In this document: positions 10,339-23,987 of the stretch, one piece after another | How positions within the stretch are numbered: position 1 is the stretch's first letter | Layout of the letters: each line of letters starts with the position of its first letter | NCBI GenBank assembly: GCA_947629765.1 | Contig: CANREW010000001.1 | Span: forward strand, 29,442 to 93,441 | Length of the DNA: 64,000 nucleotides | Origin: an uncultured Clostridia bacterium | GTDB lineage: Bacteria; Bacillota; Clostridia; TANB77; CAG-508 | Reading direction: 5' to 3' | Notes under the pieces: generated by a model | Database searches by the model: none | What the model saw: the letters and a program-made list of their open reading frames with translations, nothing else | What the model was told of the DNA's origin: nothing | Program-made: the position numbers and the translations under genes

Positions 10339-11170
10339 TTGAAAATTACTGATGTTCAAGAGTTAAAAAATAAGGCAACTGATGTAAGAATAGGAATCAT
10401 TGAAGCTGTGCACGGAGCAAAATCTGGACACCCTGGTGGTTCACTTTCTTGTACAGATATTTTAACTGTACTATATTTTAACCAAATGCATATAGATCCA
10501 GAAAAACCAAGAGATGAAGCGAGAGACAGATTTATTTTATCAAAGGGACATGCAGCACCTGCACTTTATAGTGTTCTTGCAAATCGTGGGTATTTTGATA
10601 AAAAAGAGTTATCGAATTTAAGACATATAGATAGCAATTTACAAGGGCATCCAGATATGAACAAAGTGCCAGGAGTTGATATGAATACTGGATCACTTCG
10701 GACAAGGACTTTCTATTGCAAATGGAATTGCAATGAGTTCAAAATTAAGCCGCAGCGGGATAAGAGTATATTGTCTTCTTGGAGATGGAGAATTGCAAGA
10801 AGGTCAAGTTTGGGAAGCTGCAATGACATCTTGTCATTATAAACTAGATAATTTATGTGTAATTGTTGATAATAACAATTTACAAATAGATGGAACAGTT
10901 GACAAAGTAATGAATCCTTATCCAATAGATAGTAAATTTAAAAGTTTTGGATTTAATGTAATAAATATAGATGGGCATAATATTGAAGAAATAATAAAGG
11001 CATTTAATTTAGCTAAACAAACCAAAGGCAAACCTACTGCAATTATTGCAAAAACTATAAAAGGTAAAGGTGTATCTTTTATGGAAAATCAGGTTGGCTG
11101 GCATGGTAAAGCACCAAATGATGAAGAATACAACATTGCAATAGAAGAACTTAAAAAAGAATATTGTTAA
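10339..11170 (+). pseudogene. tkt: transketolase N-terminal (TPP-binding) subunit, interrupted by a 1-nt C insertion near 10699
   Basis: ...AKSGHPGGSLSCTDIL... followed, after removing the C in ctt C gga caa, by GSLGQGLSIANGIAMSSKLS...LLGDGELQEGQVWEAAM. No C-terminal subunit gene follows. Confidence 0.8.
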
Positions 11171-11217
11171 TGAATTAAAAAAAGATAATATTGTTACTAT
11201 TCACAGCTTATAGTATA

Positions 11218-11345
11218 AAGCACGCCAAATCTCGTCGGGGGTTTTATATTTATTATAAATTGAACCCACGATGGAAACGCCTACGAAGTTTTTCGGGGGT
11301 CTTCAATTTCTTCTAAATATAAACCCCCTGCGTTTGGCTATTTTA
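11218..11345 (+). repeat. structured intergenic repeat, family B, copy 2
   Basis: About 90% identical to 6481..6607. Inserted in the loop of a terminator hairpin (gttactattcacagc ... gctgtgaatagtaac tttcttttt) downstream of tkt. Confidence 0.75.
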
Positions 11346-11520
11346 GATTTTAATGGCTGTGAATAGTAACTTTCTTTTTGATTTTATTTAAGAAAATTTA
11401 AAAAATATGTTGATTTTTTTAGAAAAAAGTGGTAACATTAAAAAGTAGATTAAAAAAAAACCCCTTTTTTAAGGTGGTAAAGATTTTAATCTATTTTTTT
11501 TGGTTATGGAGGTTAAAATG

Positions 11521-13123
11521 AACAAAAAATTTATATTTGTAACAGGTGGAGTTGTATCAGGTTTAGGAAAAGGAATAACAGCAGCATCACTTCGGAAGAT
11601 TACTTAAAAATAGAGGATATAAGGTAGCAAACCAAAAGTTTGACCCATATATAAATGTAGATCCAGGAACAATGAGTCCTTACGAACATGGAGAAGTTTT
11701 TGTAACAGATGATGGAGCAGAAACAGACCTAGATTTAGGACATTATGAAAGATTTACTGACGAAAGTTTAACTAAAAATTCTTCTGTAACATCAGGTAAG
11801 ATATATCAAAGTGTAATAGAAAAGGAAAGAAGAGGAGACTATCTAGGAAAAACTGTACAAGTAATTCCTCATATTACAAATGAGATAAAAGATAAAATTT
11901 ATAGTTTTGAAAATACAGATGTAGATATAGTAATAACTGAACTTGGTGGAACAGTTGGAGATATGGAAGGAGTAGCTTTCATAGAGGCAATAAGACAAAT
12001 AGGACTAGAAAAAGCAAAAGAAGATGTTATATATATACATGTAACTTTACTTCCATATATATATGGCTCAAATGAGCTAAAATCAAAACCAACTCAGCAC
12101 TCTGTAAAAGAGTTACAATCATATGGAATAAAACCAGATATATTAGTTTGCAGAAGTGAAGCAGAAATGACTGACGAAATGAAAGCAAAAATAGCATTAT
12201 TCTGTAATGTTAGAAAAGAATGTGTAATTCAAAACTTAACAGCAGATAATCTATATGCTGTACCACTAATGCTAGAAGAAGAAGGATTGGCAGATGCAGT
12301 TTGCAAACATTTAAATTTGGAGAAAAATAAACCACATAACGAAAAATGGCAAGAAATGATAGATCATATTAGAAGTATAGGAAATGACACAGTTAAAATT
12401 GCAATAGTTGGAAAATATGTTAGATTGGAAGATTCATATCTTTCTGTTGCAGAGAGTCTAAGACATGGTGGATATGCAAATAATGTAAATGTAGATATAA
12501 AATATGTAGATTCAGAAACAGTAACAGAAGAAAATGTAGATGAGATATTAGGAGATGTTCAAGGTATTGTAGTTCCAGGTGGTTTTGGAAACAGAGGAAT
12601 AGAAGGAAAAATACATGCTATAAAATATGTAAGAGAAAATAATATTCCTTTCCTTGGAATATGTCTTGGAATGCAAATGGCAGTTGTTGAGTTTATAAGA
12701 AATGTTTGTGGACTTGATGATGTTGATTCAGAAGAGTTTAGCCCAAACTGCAAAAATCCAGTTATACATATAATGGATACACAAAAGAATGTATCAAAAA
12801 AAGGTGGAACAATGAGACTTGGAGCATATCCTTGTGTACTTAAAAATGGAAGCTTAGCTCAAAAATTATATGGCAAAAAAGAGATATCTGAAAGACATAG
12901 ACATAGATATGAGTTTAATAACAATTATAGAGAAATGATAGAAGAAAAAGGCTTAATGATTTCTGGAACATCACCAGATGGCTTACTTGTTGAGATGGTA
13001 GAATATACAAAACATCCATATTTTATCGCAGGACAATTCCATCCAGAGTTTAAGTCAAGACCTGACAGACCTCAGCCTTTATTCGTAGGACTTGTAGAAG
13101 CTGCAAAAAAATGTAAAAGATAA
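11521..13123 (+). pseudogene. pyrG: CTP synthase, interrupted by a 1-nt C insertion near 11593
   Basis: [25 protein letters not shown] then a stop as written. Removing the C in ctt C gga aga gives ...[44 protein letters not shown]..., continuous with ORF 11672..13123 (glutamine amidotransferase domain, LGICLGMQ). Confidence 0.85.
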
Positions 13124-13205
13124 AAATTTATTGCCCCTCATTATGGGGCTTTTTTTATATAATTTGAATATTATAATAAAAATTATGAAATTTTTGTAAA
13201 TTCTA

Positions 13206-13234
13206 TTGACAATAGTATTAAAAAGGTGTAAATT
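13206..13234 (+). promoter_or_regulatory. sigma-A-type promoter of the groESL operon
   Basis: TTGACA-17 nt-TAAATT immediately upstream of CIRCE. Confidence 0.5.
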
Positions 13235-13237
13235 ATA

Positions 13238-13264
13238 TTAGCAGTCGGAAATAACGAGTGCTAA
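13238..13264 (+). promoter_or_regulatory. CIRCE operator (HrcA binding site) upstream of groES
   Basis: TTAGCAGTC-ggaaataac-GAGTGCTAA, versus consensus TTAGCACTC-N9-GAGTGCTAA (one mismatch). Confidence 0.85.
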
Positions 13265-15354
<2,090 letters not shown>

Positions 15355-15593
15355 TGTCGTATTTTGCCTAAAAATAATCCTTGACAAAAAAATTATATTG
15401 TTATATAAAATAGATAGAAGTTTTGAGAATTTTGTAATCGAAACTTTCTATCTATTTTATTTTTTTAATTACATCTTAAGTCAAAACAAAAATAAATTCT
15501 ATTGGAAAATCATCCAAAGAAAATCAAAAGTATAAAATTAAAAAAACAATTGCATAAATTGTATTTTATATGCTAAAATAAAGGAGGAAAATA

Positions 15594-15920
15594 TTGAACG
15601 AAGAATTGTTAAACATTGAAAATATAAGAAAATGTATTTTAAAAAGAAATATAGTATGGACTAAGCATTGCCTAAATAGATTAAGCCAAAGAGATATATC
15701 AATATCTGATGTAAAAATGGCTATAAATAATGGAATGATATTAGAATATTATTATGATGATTATCCATATCCTAGTTGTTTAATAATAGGATATAGTAAA
15801 AATAAAAAAATATTACATGTAGTTTGTGGAATTAAAGATTATACACTTTATATTATAACAGCGTATTATCCTGATACAAACAAATGGGAAGATGATATGA
15901 AAACAAGGAGGAGAAAGTAA
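15594..15920 (+). CDS. DUF4258-like protein (putative toxin of a toxin-antitoxin-like pair)
   Basis: 108 aa. GGAGG RBS. 1-nt overlap (TAATG) with the downstream zinc-finger ORF. Basic C-terminus. Confidence 0.5.
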   Translation: MNEELLNIENIRKCILKRNIVWTKHCLNRLSQRDISISDVKMAINNGMILEYYYDDYPYPSCLIIGYSKNKKILHVVCGIKDYTLYIITAYYPDTNKWEDDMKTRRRK

Positions 15921-16150
15921 TGAATTGTTTTAAATGTGATGGAGAATTAAAAGATAAAAAAATAAATTATGTGGTTGATATGGATGATACAATTATTATT
16001 ATAAAAAAAGTACCAGCAAAAGTTTGTACAAAATGCGGTGTGCAATATTTTGATGATCAGACTTCGCAAAATATTGAAAAAATTGTAAATAAGTTGAAAC
16101 AAATAAGTGCAGAAGTAACGATTGTTAATTATCAAGATAAAGTAGCATAA
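15920..16150 (+). CDS. YgiT-type (MqsA-like) zinc-finger protein, putative antitoxin
   Basis: MNCFKCDGELKDKKINYVVDMDDTIIIIKKVPAKVCTKCGVQYFDDQT: a CxxC...CxxC YgiT-type zinc ribbon. Confidence 0.55.
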   Translation: MNCFKCDGELKDKKINYVVDMDDTIIIIKKVPAKVCTKCGVQYFDDQTSQNIEKIVNKLKQISAEVTIVNYQDKVA

Positions 16151-16249
16151 TAGTTATGCTATCTGCTAAAAGATGATAATGGTAAATTAAAAGAAGAGAC
16201 ACTGGAAATTATTCCAGTGTCTCTTTGGCATAAAAATTAACAAAAAGTA

Positions 16250-16278
16250 TTGACATTACTGTAAATACAGTATATAAT
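16250..16278 (+). promoter_or_regulatory. sigma-A promoter of the rimP-nusA-infB operon
   Basis: TTGACA-17 nt-TATAAT (ttgacattactgtaaatacagtatataat), followed by a roughly 200-nt leader with several hairpins. Confidence 0.55.
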
Positions 16279-16477
16279 AATTATGCTAAATATGAGACTA
16301 GAAGAGTGGAAGCAAATTCCACTCTTTATTTATCTAATAGAAATTCGAAATTTCTATTAGATAAATATGGCTGAACGCGTTGCCCTTTAAGATTTCTCGC
16401 GGATTCCGCTCGAAACTTAAATCGGGCACGAACAAAGAGCGCCTAGGCGCTTTGTTCTGGAAAGAGGTGATAAACGC

Positions 16478-16950
16478 TTGGCAAATATCGAAACAAAGGT
16501 AGAAGAGTTAATAACTCCATATATAAAAGAGTTAGGATATGAGTTATATGATGTAGAATATGTAAAAGAACGGAAAAGATTATTTTTTAAGAATATATAT
16601 AGATAAAGAAACTGGAATAAATTTAAATGATTGTGAAAAAGTATCAAATGCAATAAATGATGTTCTAGATGAAGCAGACTATATAAAAGAACAATATTTT
16701 TTAGAAGTTTCTTCACCTGGAATAGAAAGAGTTATAAGGAAAAATAAACATTTAGAACAAAATATAGGAAAAGAAATAGAAGTAAAGTTATTTAAAACAT
16801 TAGATAATTCAAAAATTTTACAAGGCAAACTTATAAAATTTGATGAAAATAAAATTTATATACAAAATGAAAAAGAAGAAAAAGAAATAGAGAGGAATCA
16901 AATAGCACAAATAAAAACAAAATATAATTGGTAAAGAAAGGATTGATTAA
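16478..16950 (+). pseudogene. rimP: ribosome maturation factor RimP, interrupted by a 1-nt C insertion near 16571
   Basis: TTG start after a GAAAGAGGTG RBS. LANIETKVEELITPYIKELGYELYDVEYVKE then cgg as written. Removing the C gives ...EGKDYFLRIYIDKETGINLNDCEKVSNAINDVLDEADYIKEQYFLEVSSPGIERV... Confidence 0.75.
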
Positions 16951-16954
16951 AAAA

Positions 16955-18076
16955 ATGAAAGCCATTGATAATAATGAATTACAAATTGCACTAGAAACAT
17001 TAGAAAAAGAGAGAGGAATAAAAAAGGAATATTTAATTGAGCAGATAGAATCAGCTTTAATGGTAGCATACAAAAATAACTACAAAGATAGTGAAAATGC
17101 AAAGATTGCTATAGATAAACAAACAGGAGAGACACATATTTATTCTGTAAAAGAAGTAGTAACAACAGTTGAGAATCCAGTTTTGCAAATAAGCAAAACA
17201 GAGGCTGTTAAGATAAATAAAAAACTTAAGGTAGGAGATACTGTTGATGTTGAAATAAATCCTAGAAACTTTGGAAGAATAGCAGCTCAAACAGCAAAAC
17301 AAGTCATTATACAAAAATTAAGAGAGGCTGAAAGAGACATAGTATTTGGAGAGTTTAACGAGAGAAAAGGCGAGATTGTTTCTGGAATAGTTCAAAAAGC
17401 AGATACAGGTGTTGTAATCTTAGATTTAGGAAAACTGGAAGGAATAATGCCTGCAAAAGAACAAATACCAACAGAAAAGTACAAAGTAAATGATAAAGTA
17501 AAAGCTTATGTTCTTGATGTAGTAAGAGGAAATAAAGGTGCACCTCAAGTTATAGTTTCAAGAACAGCAGGAGATTTTGTAAAAAAATTATTTGAATTTG
17601 AAATACCAGAGATATATGAAGGATTAATAGAAGTAAAGAGTGTATCAAGAGATCCAGGAAATAGATGTAAAGTTGCAGTTCATGCTTCTAATGAGAACAT
17701 AGATCCAGTAGGTTCTTGTGTAGGACAAAAAGGTGTAAGAATCCAAAATATAATTAATGAACTTAATGGAGAAAAAATAGATGTTATTGAGTGGGATGAA
17801 GATCCAGCAATATTTATATCTTCAGCTTTACTTCCTGCAAGAGTAATGGCAGTAGATATAGAAGATGAAAAATCTGCAAGAGTAATAGTCCCAGATGATC
17901 AATTATCACTTGCAATCGGAAAAGCAGGACAAAATGCAAGACTTGCAGCTAGACTTACAGGATGGAAGATTGATATAAAATCAGAATCTCAATTTAGAGA
18001 AATGTTAGCAAAAATGCAAGAAGAACAAGAAGAACCAGAGACAGAAGAAGTAGTAGAGGAAGAGAATGAAGAATAG
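16955..18076 (+). CDS. nusA: transcription termination/antitermination factor NusA
   Basis: [44 protein letters not shown]... with S1 and KH domains. The track ORF starts at an upstream TTG (16928); ATG 16955 with a GAAAGGA RBS is preferred. Confidence 0.85.
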   Translation: MKAIDNNELQIALETLEKERGIKKEYLIEQIESALMVAYKNNYKDSENAKIAIDKQTGETHIYSVKEVVTTVENPVLQISKTEAVKINKKLKVGDTVDVEINPRNFGRIAAQTAKQVIIQKLREAERDIVFGEFNERKGEIVSGIVQKADTGVVILDLGKLEGIMPAKEQIPTEKYKVNDKVKAYVLDVVRGNKGAPQVIVSRTAGDFVKKLFEFEIPEIYEGLIEVKSVSRDPGNRCKVAVHASNENIDPVGSCVGQKGVRIQNIINELNGEKIDVIEWDEDPAIFISSALLPARVMAVDIEDEKSARVIVPDDQLSLAIGKAGQNARLAARLTGWKIDIKSESQFREMLAKMQEEQEEPETEEVVEEENEE

Positions 18077-18329
18077 TAAAGAAACAAGAACATGTATAGG
18101 ATGCAGGAATAAATTTCACAAAGATAACTTTATTAGGATTGTAAAAACAAATAATTCTGATATCGTTGTTGATTTTGACAAAAAATTAGAAGGAAGAGGA
18201 GCATATATTTGTAAAAATATAGAATGCTTCGAAAATGTTGTTAAGACTAAAAGGCTAGGAAGAGCCTTAAAAACAAATGTTAGTTATGAAAAATATAACG
18301 AATTAAGAGGTGTAATTTTTGACAGATAA
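18066..18329 (+). CDS. ylxR: YlxR/RnpM family protein (DUF448)
   Basis: [54 protein letters not shown]... Confidence 0.85.
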   Translation: MKNSKETRTCIGCRNKFHKDNFIRIVKTNNSDIVVDFDKKLEGRGAYICKNIECFENVVKTKRLGRALKTNVSYEKYNELRGVIFDR

Positions 18330-18650
18330 AGAAAATATTTTAGGAATGTTAGGACTTCGGAGCAAAAGCTCGGAAAAATAATATCAGGTAATGATGCAGT
18401 AATAGAAGGAATAAATAAACATAAAATAAAATTAGTAATATTAGCACAAGATGCATCAGATAAAACGAAGAAAAATATGAGATATGTTTGTACTACTAAT
18501 ATGATAGAAGTAATAGAATTTAGTACAATAGAAAATTTAAGTAATGCTATTGGAAAGAAGAATAGAGCAATAATAGGAATAACAGATAATAATTTTTCAG
18601 AGGGGATAATAAAAAAATTAAACGGGGGTGATTTGCTATGGAAAAAATAA
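18319..18650 (+). pseudogene. ylxQ: L7Ae-family ribosomal protein-like (YlxQ), interrupted by two 1-nt C insertions near 18358 and 18371
   Basis: TTG start after a GAGGTG RBS. Removing the C in ctt C gga gca and in gct C gga aaa gives LTDKENILGMLGLGAKAGKIISGNDAVIEGINKHKIKLVILAQDASDKTKKNMRYVCTTNMIEVIEFSTIENLSNAIGKK... Confidence 0.75.
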
Positions 18651-21472
18651 AAATACACGAATTAGCAAAGAAATTAAATAAATCAAGTAAGGAAATTCTA
18701 GATTTAGCAACTAAATTAGGAATAGAAGTAAAAAGCCATCTAAGCATAATAGAAGATAAAGATGTAAAAAGAATTGAAAAAGAAATGGCAAATAAAAAAT
18801 CAGAAAAAAATAATAATGTACAGACCCAAAAACAAGAAGAACCTAAAAAGGAAAAGGCAAATAGCACACCTGTAATAATTAGAAGAGAGGTTATTATTTC
18901 TGATGAAGAAATAGCAAGAAGAGAGCAAGAAAAGAAGGAAAGAGAACAAAAAGCTAGAAAAGATATTGGATTTGTTGAGAGAAATAAAAACAAAGAATAC
19001 AATATCGTTTATAGAAATAAACCAACAAAACCAATGACAGCAAGTGAATTATTTGGATTTCCTTCTAAGGCTAAAAAGGAAGAGCCTAAAAAGAAAGAAG
19101 AAGTTCATGAAGAACCTAACAAAGAAGTAGAAGTACAAGAAAATAAAGAAGAATTAAAACAAGACAAGAAAACTAATGCAGAACAAGTGCAAAATAAAAA
19201 TTATTCAAATAAACCAAAATTTGAAAATAATAAGAGAAATTTTGGTGATAATAATCATAGACATAATAATGGAGAATATAGCAATAATCGCAATGGCTTT
19301 GACAAAAATAATAGATATCAAAATAGAAACAACTTCGGAAACAGACAAAATAACAATGATAGAAACAACAATAGAAGAACTCTTGATGAAAAAGGAATAG
19401 AAAAAAATATCAAAAATATTATGGCCCAAGATTTAGGAGAAAAAGAAAATACAAGAGAATACAATAGAGGTATGGGCAAACAAAGAAATAATAAAAATAT
19501 GCAAGATGAAAATAGACAAAGAAGAAATACAAAATCAAGAAGAGACGAAAATTTCGATTCTGGCAAATTAAAGAATCTAAAACAAGAAAATAGATTATCA
19601 AATATGTTCTCTGACCCGGAAGGTGGAATGTTAGATTACTATGATTTAACAACTGTAAGAGGAAAAAGAGGCAAGAAAAAGAATAGTCCAGAAGAAGAAA
19701 GAACAAAGCAAAAAATATTTAAATTAACAGAAATAACTATTCCTGAGTCAATAACTGTAAAAGATTTAGCACAGGAAATGAAGAAGACAACAGGGGATAT
19801 TATTAAAAAATTATTAGATTACGGAATAATGGCAACAGTAAATAATGAAGTTGACTTTGATACTGCTTTCCTTATAGCACAAGAATTTGGAATAACTGCA
19901 AATAAAAAGGAAGTTATCACAGAAGAAGATATACTATTTGATGATTCTGAAGATAGACCAGAAGATTTAAAACCAAGACCACCAGTAGTAGTAGTTATGG
20001 GACACGTAGACCATGGAAAAACATCTTTACTTGATGCTGTTAGGTCAACAAATGTTATTGAAGGAGAAGCTGGAGGAATAACACAGCACATAGGTGCATA
20101 CAAAGTTGAAGTAAATGGAAGAGAAATAACATTCTTAGATACACCAGGACACGAAGCATTTACAGCAATGAGAGCCAGAGGAGCACAAGTAACAGACGTA
20201 GCAATACTTGTAGTTGCAGCAAATGATGGTGTGATGCCTCAAACAATAGAAGCCATAAATCATGCAAAAAATGCAAATATACCTATTATTGTTGCAATAA
20301 ACAAAATAGATGTAGAAGGTGCAAACCCTGAAAAAGTAAAACAAGAATTAATGAAATATGATTTAGTTCCAGAAGAATGGGGTGGAAATACTGTATTTGT
20401 TGAAATATCTGCTAAAAAGAGAATAAATATTGATGAACTTTTAGAGATGGTGTTATTAGTTGCAGATGTACAAGAGTTAAAAGCAAACCCTAATAAACAA
20501 GCAAAAGGTGTTGTAATTGAGGCAAGACTTGATAAAACAAGAGGACCAATTGCTACAATGCTTGTACAAAGAGGAACTTTGGATGTAGGAGATACTATAG
20601 TTGTAGGTTCTGTTATAGGTAGAATTAGAGCAATGGTAAATGATAAGAGAAAGAAAGTTAAAAAAGCAGGACCATCTACTCCAGTTGAAATAATAGGCTT
20701 GACAGAAGTACCAGAAGCTGGAGAAACTTTCTATGAAGTAGAAGACGAAAAAACAGCAAAACATTTAATTGAAAAGAGAAAACGTCAAGAAAGAGAAAAA
20801 TCAATAAATGCAACATCAAAAGTTACATTAAATGACTTATTCTCACAAATTGAAAAGAACAAATTAAAGCAATTAAACTTGATTGTAAAAGCAGACGTAC
20901 AAGGATCTGTAGAAGCTGTAACAAGTAGTTTGGAAAAAATTTCAAATGATGAAGTTCAAGTAAAAGTAATTCACTCAAATGTTGGTGGAGTTACTGAATC
21001 AGATGTTACACTTGCAAAAGTTGCAAATGCAATAATTATAGCATTCAATGTAAGACCTGAATCAATAGCAAAAGATATGGCTCAAAAAGAAGGAATTGAA
21101 ATTAAGCAATATTCTGTAATATATAAAGCTATAGAAGATGTTGAAGCAGCTATGAAAGGAATGCTAGATCCTACATTTGAAGAAAAAGTAATAGGAAATG
21201 CAGAGATAAGACAAACATTTAAAGTTAGTAGTTTAGGTACAATTGCAGGATGCTATGTTTTAGATGGTAAAATTACAAGAAATGCAGATGTAAGAGTAAT
21301 AAGAGATAATGTAGTAATACATGAAGGAAAACTTGCATCACTTAAGAGATTTAAGGATGATGTAAAAGAAGTTGCAGCAGGTTATGAATGCGGACTTCAA
21401 ATCGAAGACTATAATGATATACAAGAAGGAGATACACTTGAAATATTTGTAATGGAAGAAATAAAAAAATAA
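18638..21472 (+). CDS. infB: translation initiation factor IF-2
   Basis: 944 aa. G-domain ([28 protein letters not shown]) with a low-complexity Asn/Arg-rich N-terminal region. Confidence 0.9.
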   Translation: MEKIKIHELAKKLNKSSKEILDLATKLGIEVKSHLSIIEDKDVKRIEKEMANKKSEKNNNVQTQKQEEPKKEKANSTPVIIRREVIISDEEIARREQEKKEREQKARKDIGFVERNKNKEYNIVYRNKPTKPMTASELFGFPSKAKKEEPKKKEEVHEEPNKEVEVQENKEELKQDKKTNAEQVQNKNYSNKPKFENNKRNFGDNNHRHNNGEYSNNRNGFDKNNRYQNRNNFGNRQNNNDRNNNRRTLDEKGIEKNIKNIMAQDLGEKENTREYNRGMGKQRNNKNMQDENRQRRNTKSRRDENFDSGKLKNLKQENRLSNMFSDPEGGMLDYYDLTTVRGKRGKKKNSPEEERTKQKIFKLTEITIPESITVKDLAQEMKKTTGDIIKKLLDYGIMATVNNEVDFDTAFLIAQEFGITANKKEVITEEDILFDDSEDRPEDLKPRPPVVVVMGHVDHGKTSLLDAVRSTNVIEGEAGGITQHIGAYKVEVNGREITFLDTPGHEAFTAMRARGAQVTDVAILVVAANDGVMPQTIEAINHAKNANIPIIVAINKIDVEGANPEKVKQELMKYDLVPEEWGGNTVFVEISAKKRINIDELLEMVLLVADVQELKANPNKQAKGVVIEARLDKTRGPIATMLVQRGTLDVGDTIVVGSVIGRIRAMVNDKRKKVKKAGPSTPVEIIGLTEVPEAGETFYEVEDEKTAKHLIEKRKRQEREKSINATSKVTLNDLFSQIEKNKLKQLNLIVKADVQGSVEAVTSSLEKISNDEVQVKVIHSNVGGVTESDVTLAKVANAIIIAFNVRPESIAKDMAQKEGIEIKQYSVIYKAIEDVEAAMKGMLDPTFEEKVIGNAEIRQTFKVSSLGTIAGCYVLDGKITRNADVRVIRDNVVIHEGKLASLKRFKDDVKEVAAGYECGLQIEDYNDIQEGDTLEIFVMEEIKK

Positions 21473-21485
21473 GGAGTAGTTAAAA

Positions 21486-21641
21486 ATGGCAGATCATAAA
21501 GCAATGAAAGAATTTTATAAAAGAATGCAATCAGGAGCACCAACACCAGAAGAACAAGCAAGAAAAACTAGAGAATGCTTGATGAGACATAAATATAGAC
21601 CAAATACAGGAAAGGAAAATCTAAATGGCAGGGAAAAATAA
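21486..21641 (+). CDS. possible small protein (51 aa) between infB and rbfA
   Basis: AAGGAG RBS 8 nt upstream of the ATG. Translation is MADHKAMKEFYKRMQSGAPTPEEQARKTRECLMRHKYRPNTGKENLNGREK. Overlaps the rbfA start. No family recognised. Confidence 0.3.
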   Translation: MADHKAMKEFYKRMQSGAPTPEEQARKTRECLMRHKYRPNTGKENLNGREK

Positions 21642-21999
21642 TAATCGTTTAGGAAGAATAGACGAGGAATTAAAAAAAGAAATTAGTTATATCATAAATT
21701 ATGAACTAAAAAATCCTAATATAACAGGATTAATAAGTGTAACTAAAACTAAAATTACACCAGATTTAAAATATGCAAAAGTATATGTAAGTATTTTAAA
21801 TTCTAAGAATATAAAAACAACTTTTACAAATTTAAAAAAAGCATCAGGATTTATTAGAAGTGAAATTGCAAAAAGGATAAATTTAAGAATAACACCTGAA
21901 TTAATATTTGTATTAGATGATTCAATGGAATATGGAGAAAAAATTGATAAAATACTTAAAAGAATAATTCCATCAAATGACAATAAAGATGAAAACTAA
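21625..21999 (+). CDS. rbfA: ribosome-binding factor A
   Basis: MAGKNNNRLGRIDEELKKEISYIINYELKNPNITGLISVTKTKITPDLKYAKVYVSIL... Confidence 0.85.
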   Translation: MAGKNNNRLGRIDEELKKEISYIINYELKNPNITGLISVTKTKITPDLKYAKVYVSILNSKNIKTTFTNLKKASGFIRSEIAKRINLRITPELIFVLDDSMEYGEKIDKILKRIIPSNDNKDEN

Positions 22000-22049
22000 T
22001 TATAACTTAAGAAAGATTAGTTTATTAAAAAATAAAAGGAGTGCATTTA

Positions 22050-23000
22050 ATGACATTAGATAATATAAAAGAAGAAATAGAAAAAGCAGAGAATATAGTA
22101 ATACTAACACATGAATCACCAGATGGAGACGCTATAGGAAGTTCTCTTGCTATGTATCAAGCTTTAAAACAATTAGGAAAAAATCCTGATTTAGTAATAC
22201 CAGAGCATCCAAGAACTTTTGATTTTTTACCTTGTGCAAATGAAATAAAAAAGGCAGGAAGAGATATAAATTACGATTTAGCAATAGCATTAGACTGTGC
22301 AGATACAAAGAGACTAGATGGATTTGAAAACTGGTATCATGAAGCAAAGGTAAAAATATCAATAGATCACCATGGATCTAATACAATGTATGCAGATTAC
22401 AATTATGTAGATCCAGTAGCTCCTGCTTGTTCACAAATATTGATAATAGTATTAACAAGTATGGGTATAGAAATAAACAAAGATATTGGAGAATGTTTAC
22501 TTGCTGGTATTATAACTGATACTGGTGGATTTAAATATGAAGGTGTTACAACTGAAACTTTTGAATTTGTAGCAAGTCTACTTAGAATTGGAGTAAATGT
22601 TTCTGAAATATATAAAAAAGTTTTACAAGTAAAAACAAGAGCTCATTTTGAACTTACCAAAATTGCAATTGACAGAATGGAATTTTTCGAAGATGGAAAA
22701 ATAGCATTTACATACATAACTTTGAAAGATATAGAGGATACAAAAGCAGAGTCAGGTGATCATGAAGGTTTAGTAGAAATTGGAAGAGATTTAGAGGGAG
22801 TAGAAGTCTCAATTTTACTTCGCGAGACTGAAAAAGGATATAAGGCTTCGCTTCGCTCAAAAGAATATGTAAATGTTTCAGAAATTTGCTCGATATTTAG
22901 TGGTGGAGGTCATCAAAGAGCAGCAGGATGTACAATACCTTATGCACTAGATCAAGCAAAAGAAAAGATAATTGACAGAACAAAAACATTTTTAAAATAA
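22050..23000 (+). CDS. nrnA: bifunctional oligoribonuclease / pAp phosphatase NrnA (DHH-DHHA1)
   Basis: ...ILTHESPDGDAIGSSLAMYQAL...DHHGSN...GGGHQRAAG. Confidence 0.8.
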   Translation: MTLDNIKEEIEKAENIVILTHESPDGDAIGSSLAMYQALKQLGKNPDLVIPEHPRTFDFLPCANEIKKAGRDINYDLAIALDCADTKRLDGFENWYHEAKVKISIDHHGSNTMYADYNYVDPVAPACSQILIIVLTSMGIEINKDIGECLLAGIITDTGGFKYEGVTTETFEFVASLLRIGVNVSEIYKKVLQVKTRAHFELTKIAIDRMEFFEDGKIAFTYITLKDIEDTKAESGDHEGLVEIGRDLEGVEVSILLRETEKGYKASLRSKEYVNVSEICSIFSGGGHQRAAGCTIPYALDQAKEKIIDRTKTFLK

Positions 23001-23012
23001 GAAGTAAATAAT

Positions 23013-23890
23013 ATGGATGGAATTTTAATTATTAATAAAGAAGAAGGATATACATCACACGATATAGTAAATAAAGTGAAGAAAGTATTAAATGAAAAAA
23101 TAGGACATACAGGAACGCTCGACCCTTTGGCGACAGGCGTTCTTCCTTTACTTGTACGGAAAAGGAACAAAAGTATCAAAGTATCTTGTAAACCATGAAA
23201 AAACATATGAAGCAAGAATAAAACTTGGAATTGGAACTGATACATTAGATATAGATGGACAAATCATTAAAGAAATAAATGTAGATAAAGCTATATTAAC
23301 AGTAGAAAATATAAAAAACACTTTAAAAAGTTTTATTGGCAAACAAGAACAAGAGCCACCAATTTATTCTGCAATTAAAGTTAATGGAAAAAAATTATAT
23401 GAATATGCAAGACAAGGACAAGAAATAGAAATAAAACCAAGACAAATAGAAATATATGATATAAAGCTTTTAAAAATAGATACAGAGCAAAATACATTTG
23501 ATATAAGTATAAGTTGCTCAAAAGGAACATATATAAGGTCACTTGCAAGAGATATAGCAAAATCACTTGGAACTGTTGGATGTATAAGTAAATTAAACAG
23601 AGTAAAGGTTCGGAAATTTTGATATAAAACAGGCTATAACATTACAAGAAATAGAAAAATATAAAGATAATTTAGAATTTTTTAGACAACATTTAATTTC
23701 AATAGAAGATATATTTAACGATAAACAAAATATAGTGATGGATAATAAAAAAATGGAGCTATTTTTAAATGGAGTAAAATTAAAAACTGACTTAAAAGAT
23801 GGAATATATAAAATATATAACAAAGATAATATGTTTATAGGAACTGGAGAGATAAAGAGTAAAGGATTAAAAAGAGATGTCATTATGTAG
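23013..23890 (+). pseudogene. truB: tRNA pseudouridine(55) synthase TruB, interrupted by two 1-nt C insertions near 23157 and 23611
   Basis: MDGILIINKEEGYTSHDIVNKVKKVLNEKIGHTGTLDPLATGVLPLLV. Removing the C in gta C gga aaa gives ...LLVGKGTKVSKYLVNHEKTYEARIKLG.... Removing the C in gtt C gga aaa gives ...LNRVKVGKFDIKQAITLQEIEKY... through to the stop at 23890. Confidence 0.8.
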
Positions 23891-23987
23891 ACATCTTTTT
23901 TTGTCAAATTTTTACAAAATTTTCTTGATTTAAATTTTACATTGTGGTAAAATTTTAATACATAAAAACAAAAAAGGAGGTGTTAAA

